A stretch of 64,000 nucleotides of DNA from Chloroflexota bacterium (lineage in GTDB: Bacteria > Chloroflexota > Dehalococcoidia > JAUQQI01), in the NCBI GenBank assembly GCA_040289115.1, contig PSKS01000002.1, positions 28,623 to 92,622 of the forward strand, given 5' to 3'. The position numbers were made by a program, and so were the translations under genes. How positions within the stretch are numbered: the stretch's first letter is position 1; the number at the start of each line of letters is the position of its first letter. This document shows positions 59,618 to 64,000 of this stretch, piece after piece. The notes under the pieces were generated by a model that saw nothing but the letters and a program-made list of their open reading frames with translations, made no database searches and was not told where the DNA came from.

Positions 59618-60577
59618 TTATTCCGGCTGGAAGCGGGGCTGGCGCCGCTTCCGCAGACTCTGAAGTAGCAAGCCAAGCCGCCGGCGCATTTCGGGGTGCC
59701 GACGGTAGTAGTTTTCGGCGGCCATGCCCAGAGCAACGGTGGCCGAATAGGCGATGGCCGTCTTGGGCAAGGCCGAAAACACGGGCGGCAGGAAGCCCGC
59801 CAGCTCCCGGGCAACGGACCTCCAGACGAAGGCGCCGCCCACCACCGGGAAAAGCTCGGCCAAGATGGGCCAGATGGAGTCCAGGGGCCGACCATACAGG
59901 AGGGCCAAGCGCACCCAAAGGAAAACCTGGTTCTTGGTGAGGACTGCCAGGTCCGCACCGCCGGCCATGAGGGCCCCGATGACGGGGATCACCGCCGGGG
60001 CGTTGCTTAAAAAGGCGAACTCGCCGTTGGCCCAGGCCGTCTGGTAGATTAGGGCCCGAGCCACCGGATCCCGTAGGGCCTCGAAACGGCGCCCAACGGC
60101 CACCGCCAGGTCGGGGTCGGCCCTGACCAAAGCCGGGGCCAGGGCCTCGGCCACCGTCTCCCGGCTCAATCGGTCGGCCCGAACCACCTGAAAGGCTTCG
60201 TCTGTCAGGGGCAGGCCGGGCAGGTCGCCGATAAGGAGGATTACCACCCGCTCTGGTCCCAGCACGCGCCGGAGCACCGTGGCGGTGGGCTGCAGGTCCA
60301 ACCAGTGGGCGGGGTCCGGGACGACTACCAGAGCCAGGTCGGTCCCCAGACTATCCTCGGACCCGGGCCAGAACTCGAAAGCCTCGGCGGTGTCCTGAGG
60401 GCCGCCCGCCAGTAGTCCGGCCACCACCTCTCCCAGAACCCGGTCCGGGGTAACTAGCAAAATCTTAAAGGGCTGCTCGGCCCGAGCCCGGAGGCCGTTA
60501 AGGTCAAGCTCCCGTATGAGCCGCCAGGCATCAAGGAGCCTGCCCCCAACCATGCGGATCTGCCCCATCACGGCCAT
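59618..60577 (-). CDS. hypothetical protein (C-terminal membrane-associated region reminiscent of DUF697/UPF0283)
   Basis: Solid 319-aa ORF co-oriented with secG. I recognise no catalytic motif. Confidence 0.4.
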   Translation of the reverse strand: MAVMGQIRMVGGRLLDAWRLIRELDLNGLRARAEQPFKILLVTPDRVLGEVVAGLLAGGPQDTAEAFEFWPGSEDSLGTDLALVVVPDPAHWLDLQPTATVLRRVLGPERVVILLIGDLPGLPLTDEAFQVVRADRLSRETVAEALAPALVRADPDLAVAVGRRFEALRDPVARALIYQTAWANGEFAFLSNAPAVIPVIGALMAGGADLAVLTKNQVFLWVRLALLYGRPLDSIWPILAELFPVVGGAFVWRSVARELAGFLPPVFSALPKTAIAYSATVALGMAAENYYRRHPEMRRRLGLLLQSLRKRRQPRFQPE

Positions 60578-60647
60578 GTCCAGCTTGAATTATAAACCCG
60601 TAAAATTTCTGGGGCCAGCCTGCCAGACCCCGTCGCTGCGATATTCG

Positions 60648-60671
60648 ATATAAACGCCTGGGCGTTTATGT
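60648..60671. promoter_or_regulatory. 20-bp palindrome ATAAACGCC-TG-GGCGTTTAT about 200 bp upstream of the ComDE-like genes
   Basis: Perfect 9-bp arms read directly. Confidence 0.35.
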
Positions 60672-60824
60672 CAACAATGGCCGCAACCTTACACAGGGTA
60701 GCCGGCGCAAGCCGAGGGACCTAGGCCAAGCCTTCAACGGCTTATTGTGATGATGCTGGGACTTGCCCTACACCCAGGTTATGCCTAAAGTCCTGCCGGC
60801 GGGGTTGTTCGGGAAGAGGGAGTC

Positions 60825-60850
60825 GGTTTAAAATTGCTTAAGCTTAAACC
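60825..60850. promoter_or_regulatory. AT-rich inverted repeat GGTTTAA-N12-TTAAACC (with inner GCTTAAGC palindrome) overlapping a putative -10 TAAAAT (60829-60834; -35 TTGTTC 60805-60810)
   Basis: Read directly. It lies 20 nt upstream of the GGAGG RBS of the ComD-like gene. Confidence 0.35.
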
Positions 60851-60869
60851 TACCGGAGCTGGAGGACCC

Positions 60870-61361
60870 ATGGGGCTCCACGCGACCAAGGTTCTCGAAA
60901 CGCTTAAAGCCATGGGCATAACCCATATCGTTTGGTTGCCCGATTCGGAAACCGGTTTTCTTTACGAGGCGATAACCGCCGACGGGTCCGTAAAGCTGGT
61001 GCCCGTCTGCCGGGAAGGCGAGGCTTTGGCCGTCGCTGCCGGCCTTTGGGTGGGAGGTGCAAAGCCCCTGGTTTTGATCCAGAACACGGGCCTCTTCGAG
61101 TCGGGCGATTCCATTCGGGGCCTCGGTCTCGACGTCGGACTCCCGGTAGTAATGGTTATCGGCTACCGGGGCTGGCTGGGCGGCCGGCCCATGACGGATT
61201 CGGCTGGGATTTACACCGAGCCCATCCTTAAGGCCTGGGGCATCAACTACTACCTGGTCGAAACCGACCATGACCTGCCCAAAATCTTGGCCGCCCAGGA
61301 CGAAGCCTTAAAAACCTCAAGGCCCGTGGCGGTCCTGATCGGCCAGGAGTACGAAAAATGA
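60870..61361 (+). CDS. sulfopyruvate/phosphonopyruvate decarboxylase alpha subunit-like (ThDP enzyme N-terminal PYR domain)
   Basis: The ComD-like PYR domain of about 165 aa carries the conserved Glu (VCREGEA). The ATG at 60870 has a GGAGG RBS and is preferred over the TTG at 60834. Confidence 0.65.
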   Translation: MGLHATKVLETLKAMGITHIVWLPDSETGFLYEAITADGSVKLVPVCREGEALAVAAGLWVGGAKPLVLIQNTGLFESGDSIRGLGLDVGLPVVMVIGYRGWLGGRPMTDSAGIYTEPILKAWGINYYLVETDHDLPKILAAQDEALKTSRPVAVLIGQEYEK

Positions 61362-61924
61362 TGGACCCAATCGAAACCTTGAAGACTCTGAGCGAGCACC
61401 GGACCGACCAGGTGGTAGTCTCCACCATGGTGGCCCTCCGGGTCTGGTCGCTGGTTTCCAAAAGGCCCGAACTGGACCTGCCCCTGGTCGGCTGCATGGG
61501 CAAGGCCTCATCCCTGGGCCTTGGGGTGGCCCTGGCTCGGCCCGACCGGCAGGTCTGGATAATCGACGGCGACGGCAGCCTCCTGATGAACCTAGGTTCC
61601 CTGGTGACCATCGGGAACCTTTCACCCCCGAACCTCATCCACTTTGTGTACAACAACAGCGTTTACGAGACCACCGGCGGGCAGCCGGTACCCGGTGCCG
61701 GCCGGACCGACTTCGTCGGGCTGGCCCGGGCGGCGGGATACCTACAGGCCTTCAGGTTTGACGACCTCGAAACCCTCAGCCTGCGCCTGCCCAAGGTGCT
61801 CAAGCTGCCTGGCCCCACTTTGGTGGACCTGCACGTGGGCCGGGCCACCGCCCTCGGGCCCCTCCCACCGGCCCGCCGGACGGCCGAGGCCCTGCGAACG
61901 GTAAAGGCGGCCCTCAGCCCCTAA
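61358..61924 (+). CDS. sulfopyruvate/phosphonopyruvate decarboxylase beta subunit-like (ThDP-binding PP domain)
   Basis: ThDP-binding motif GDGS...N (IIDGDGSLLMNLGSL..YNN). It overlaps the alpha gene by 4 nt. Confidence 0.65.
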   Translation: MMDPIETLKTLSEHRTDQVVVSTMVALRVWSLVSKRPELDLPLVGCMGKASSLGLGVALARPDRQVWIIDGDGSLLMNLGSLVTIGNLSPPNLIHFVYNNSVYETTGGQPVPGAGRTDFVGLARAAGYLQAFRFDDLETLSLRLPKVLKLPGPTLVDLHVGRATALGPLPPARRTAEALRTVKAALSP

Positions 61925-61946
61925 AGCTGTTCGTGCTTTTTTTCAC

Positions 61947-61975
61947 TTGCACCCGCCCCGAGGCTGTGCTATAGT
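61947..61975 (+). promoter_or_regulatory. nuo operon promoter: -35 TTGCAC / 17 / -10 TATAGT with upstream T7 tract (UP-like)
   Basis: Read directly. It is followed by a small hairpin and the GGGAGG RBS of nuoA. Confidence 0.5.
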
Positions 61976-62014
61976 CAGGAGGAAAACCTCGGGCTAAGCC
62001 CGACGGGAGGCGAA

Positions 62015-62371
62015 ATGCTCGAGCAGTTCGGTTACATCGGCCTCTTTCTCGTCATCGCCCTGATATTCCCGGCCGGGGGGGTGTTGACCGCCTGGCTGCT
62101 GGCTCCCCGGAAAAGTGACCCTAACAAAGAGGCCCTTTACGAATGCGGGATGGAAACCATCGGGGATGCTTGGGTCCAGTTCCACGTTCGCTATTATTTT
62201 TATGCGCTTATTTTCCTCATCTTTGACATTGAGGCCGTCTTCCTCTTTCCCTGGGCGGCCCAGTTCAGACAGCTGGCCCTCTTCGGCTTCATCGAGATGT
62301 TTCTTTTTATAGCCGTTCTGCTGGTCGGCTACGTTTACGCCTGGCGGAAGCGGGCCCTGGAGTGGAGGTAA
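62015..62371 (+). CDS. nuoA: NADH-quinone oxidoreductase subunit A
   Basis: Three-TM NuoA/ND3 pattern ([17 protein letters not shown]). Confidence 0.9.
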   Translation: MLEQFGYIGLFLVIALIFPAGGVLTAWLLAPRKSDPNKEALYECGMETIGDAWVQFHVRYYFYALIFLIFDIEAVFLFPWAAQFRQLALFGFIEMFLFIAVLLVGYVYAWRKRALEWR

Positions 62372-62375
62372 GGCA

Positions 62376-63092
62376 GTGGCGGAGCGCAAGCCCATCGAGT
62401 TTCTTCCGCCCGGCAAATACATCAACCGCCTGCAGACCCTAGATACCCAGACCCTTCATGACGCCACCCGCATCCCCTACGCCGACGACATAAGCTTTCT
62501 CGAACAGGATCTGCGCCGGAACATTCTGCTCACCACTGTCGACGAAATTGTTAACTGGGCCCGAAAGTCCGCCATCTGGCCCCTCACTTTCGGCCTGGCT
62601 TGCTGCGCCATCGAGTTCATCGCCACCGGAACCCCCCGCTATGACCTGGCCCGGTTCGGGGCGGAGCTGGCCCGTCCCTCCGCCCGCCAGGCCGACCTGA
62701 TGATCGTGGCCGGGACCGTCTGCTGGAAAATGGCCACCGCCATCCGCCGCCTTTACGACCAGATGGCCGAGCCCAAATGGGTGATCTCCATGGGCTCCTG
62801 CTCCAACCACGGCGGCCCCTTCCGAGGGGCCTATAGCGTGGTGGAGGGCGTAAACCTGATCGTGCCGGTGGACGTCTACGTGCCAGGCTGCCCCCCCCGG
62901 CCCGACGCCCTCCTCTACGGCCTGGTCCAGCTTCAGAAAAAGATCGCCGCCCAGAGCCTGGCTCGTAAACAGCCCGAGCGGGCGGCCGTGGCGATGCGGA
63001 CGGCCGAGGAGCTGGCCGAGTTGGCCCGCCAGCAGGCCGCCTACTTCGCCAAGAAAATTGGCATTCCCCTTCAGCCGCTGCCCGGGTCATGA
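62376..63092 (+). CDS. nuoB: NADH-quinone oxidoreductase subunit B
   Basis: N2 cluster ligands [17 protein letters not shown]. It has N- and C-terminal extensions. Confidence 0.9.
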   Translation: MAERKPIEFLPPGKYINRLQTLDTQTLHDATRIPYADDISFLEQDLRRNILLTTVDEIVNWARKSAIWPLTFGLACCAIEFIATGTPRYDLARFGAELARPSARQADLMIVAGTVCWKMATAIRRLYDQMAEPKWVISMGSCSNHGGPFRGAYSVVEGVNLIVPVDVYVPGCPPRPDALLYGLVQLQKKIAAQSLARKQPERAAVAMRTAEELAELARQQAAYFAKKIGIPLQPLPGS

Positions 63093-63589
63093 CGCGCATC
63101 GTTGCCCTAGACACCGCTCAGGTTGTCTGCCAGCTCGAGGCCGCAGTTCCCGGGGCGGTTGTCGACTATACCCCGGAGTATATCCGGATAAGGCTTGAGC
63201 GGCTAGTTGAGACCGCCCATTTTCTCAAGACGGCCCAAGGCTTGGAGTTTAACTACTTGGTGTCCATAACGGCCGTCGATTACTACCCTTATTACTTTGA
63301 GCTTGTTTACCACCTGGTATCCATGCCCCACCACCACAGCCTTGTGCTCAAGACCCGAACCCCCGACCGGGAGCGGGTGGTAGTGCCTTCCCTGGTCGGG
63401 GTTTGGCGGAGCGCCGAGCTCCAGGAGCTGGAGATCTATGACCTTATGGGCCTGATTTTTGCCGGCCACCCGGAGCTCCGTCGCATCTTCCTGTGGGAAG
63501 ATTTCCGGGGCCACCCCTTAAGGAAGGACTACGTCGAGGAGCTTATTCCCCTGCCCCTGCCGGCCGAGCCGGCAGAGCCCCTGGGGTGA
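63089..63589 (+). CDS. nuoC: NADH-quinone oxidoreductase subunit C
   Basis: 30-kDa subunit family (EI.D.MG..F.GHP.LRR). Confidence 0.88.
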   Translation: MTRIVALDTAQVVCQLEAAVPGAVVDYTPEYIRIRLERLVETAHFLKTAQGLEFNYLVSITAVDYYPYYFELVYHLVSMPHHHSLVLKTRTPDRERVVVPSLVGVWRSAELQELEIYDLMGLIFAGHPELRRIFLWEDFRGHPLRKDYVEELIPLPLPAEPAEPLG

Positions 63590-63599
63590 GGTGAACCGA

Positions 63600-64000
63600 T
63601 GAGTCTGGAAACCCAGCCGGTTGTCATCAACTTCGGACCACAGCATCCGAGCACCCACGGGGTTTTCCGCCTGGTGCTAACGGTGGACGGGGAAGTGGTG
63701 GTGGACGCCAAGATGGTGTTGGGTTACCTGCACCGGGGCGTGGAGAAGCTGGCCGAGGAAAAGACCCACCTTCAAAACATCACCTTTACCGACCGGCTGG
63801 ACTACCTCTCGGCCATGTCCAACAACTTTGCCTACGTCCAGGCCGTCGAAAAGCTGGCGGACATCGCTGTGCCCGAGCGGGCTGAGTACATCCGGGTAAT
63901 TATGGCCGAGCTGCAGCGGATCGCCTCCCACCTGATGGCGATGGGCACCTTCTACCAGGATGTGGGCGGCTGGGGAAGCCCCCTCATGTACATGTTCAGG
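63600..64000 (+). CDS. nuoD: NADH-quinone oxidoreductase subunit D (5' part, continues beyond window)
   Basis: Not in the ORF track because it is open-ended. Manual translation gives [53 protein letters not shown].., the 49-kDa subunit, with a GGTGAGGTGA RBS. Confidence 0.88.

Noticed and set aside
60834-60869. TTG start at 60834 for the ComD-like gene
   Set aside because: It lies inside the AT-rich inverted repeat. The downstream ATG at 60870 has a GGAGG RBS and starts the conserved PYR-domain alignment.
60870-61924. Calling the ComDE-like pair a phosphonate biosynthesis locus
   Set aside because: No PEP mutase or phosphonate-tailoring genes are present in the window. The function is left as sulfopyruvate/phosphonopyruvate decarboxylase-like.
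1-64000. CRISPR arrays, IS/transposase or integrase genes, rRNA/tRNA genes
   Set aside because: No spaced direct repeats and no transposase/integrase-like translations were found. No tRNA-like cloverleaf or rRNA segments appear in any intergenic region. The only tandem repeat is the 9-bp coding repeat in rplF.

Overview
This window is a high-GC (about 65-70 percent) bacterial chromosomal segment. Protein and r-protein sequence features suggest a thermophile. The core is one uninterrupted minus-strand ribosomal super-cluster of about 18 kb, which can be read directly from the proteins. In transcription order it runs tuf, S10, L3, L4, L23, L2, S19, L22, S3, L16, L29, S17, L14, L24, L5, S14(type Z), S8, L6, L18, S5, L30, L15, secY, adk, map, infA, rpmJ (L36, found in an unlisted 114-nt gap), S13, S11, S4, rpoA, L17, truA, L13, S9. 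Flanking it are a liv-type branched-chain amino-acid ABC transporter behind a hydantoinase-B fragment. There is also an accessory patch: an enolase-superfamily protein, an M16 peptidase, a HAD hydrolase, an alpha/beta hydrolase and a P-loop kinase. Further genes are fabF plus a hotdog thioesterase, an OtsA-like GT20, and a GNAT plus ADP-forming acyl-CoA synthetase (PatA-like) fusion. The remaining genes are ruvAC-yebC-parBA, panE-like, two SDRs, a degraded MFS pseudogene, a glycosylation set (GT2, GT4, small membrane protein, GT-C/PMT-like) around prfA-prmC, dapB-asd-dapA, recA, secG, a split ComDE-like ThDP decarboxylase and the start of nuoABCD. No rRNA, tRNA, CRISPR array or mobile element was recognised. 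Five observations are worth follow-up. First, a MarR regulator with a Cys/His-rich C-terminal extension is translationally coupled to a protoglobin, behind a textbook promoter and operator. Second, the tuf gene lacks rpsL-rpsG-fusA upstream, has its own consensus promoter, and has a strikingly atypical codon and strand composition shared with livHMGF. Third, several r-proteins are unusual: L24 carries a Cys4 ribbon, L6 has a KAG-repeat tail, and L5, S9 and S17 carry extensions. Fourth, AT-rich palindromic operators sit in an otherwise GC-rich background. Fifth, a ComDE-like two-subunit decarboxylase sits immediately upstream of nuo.
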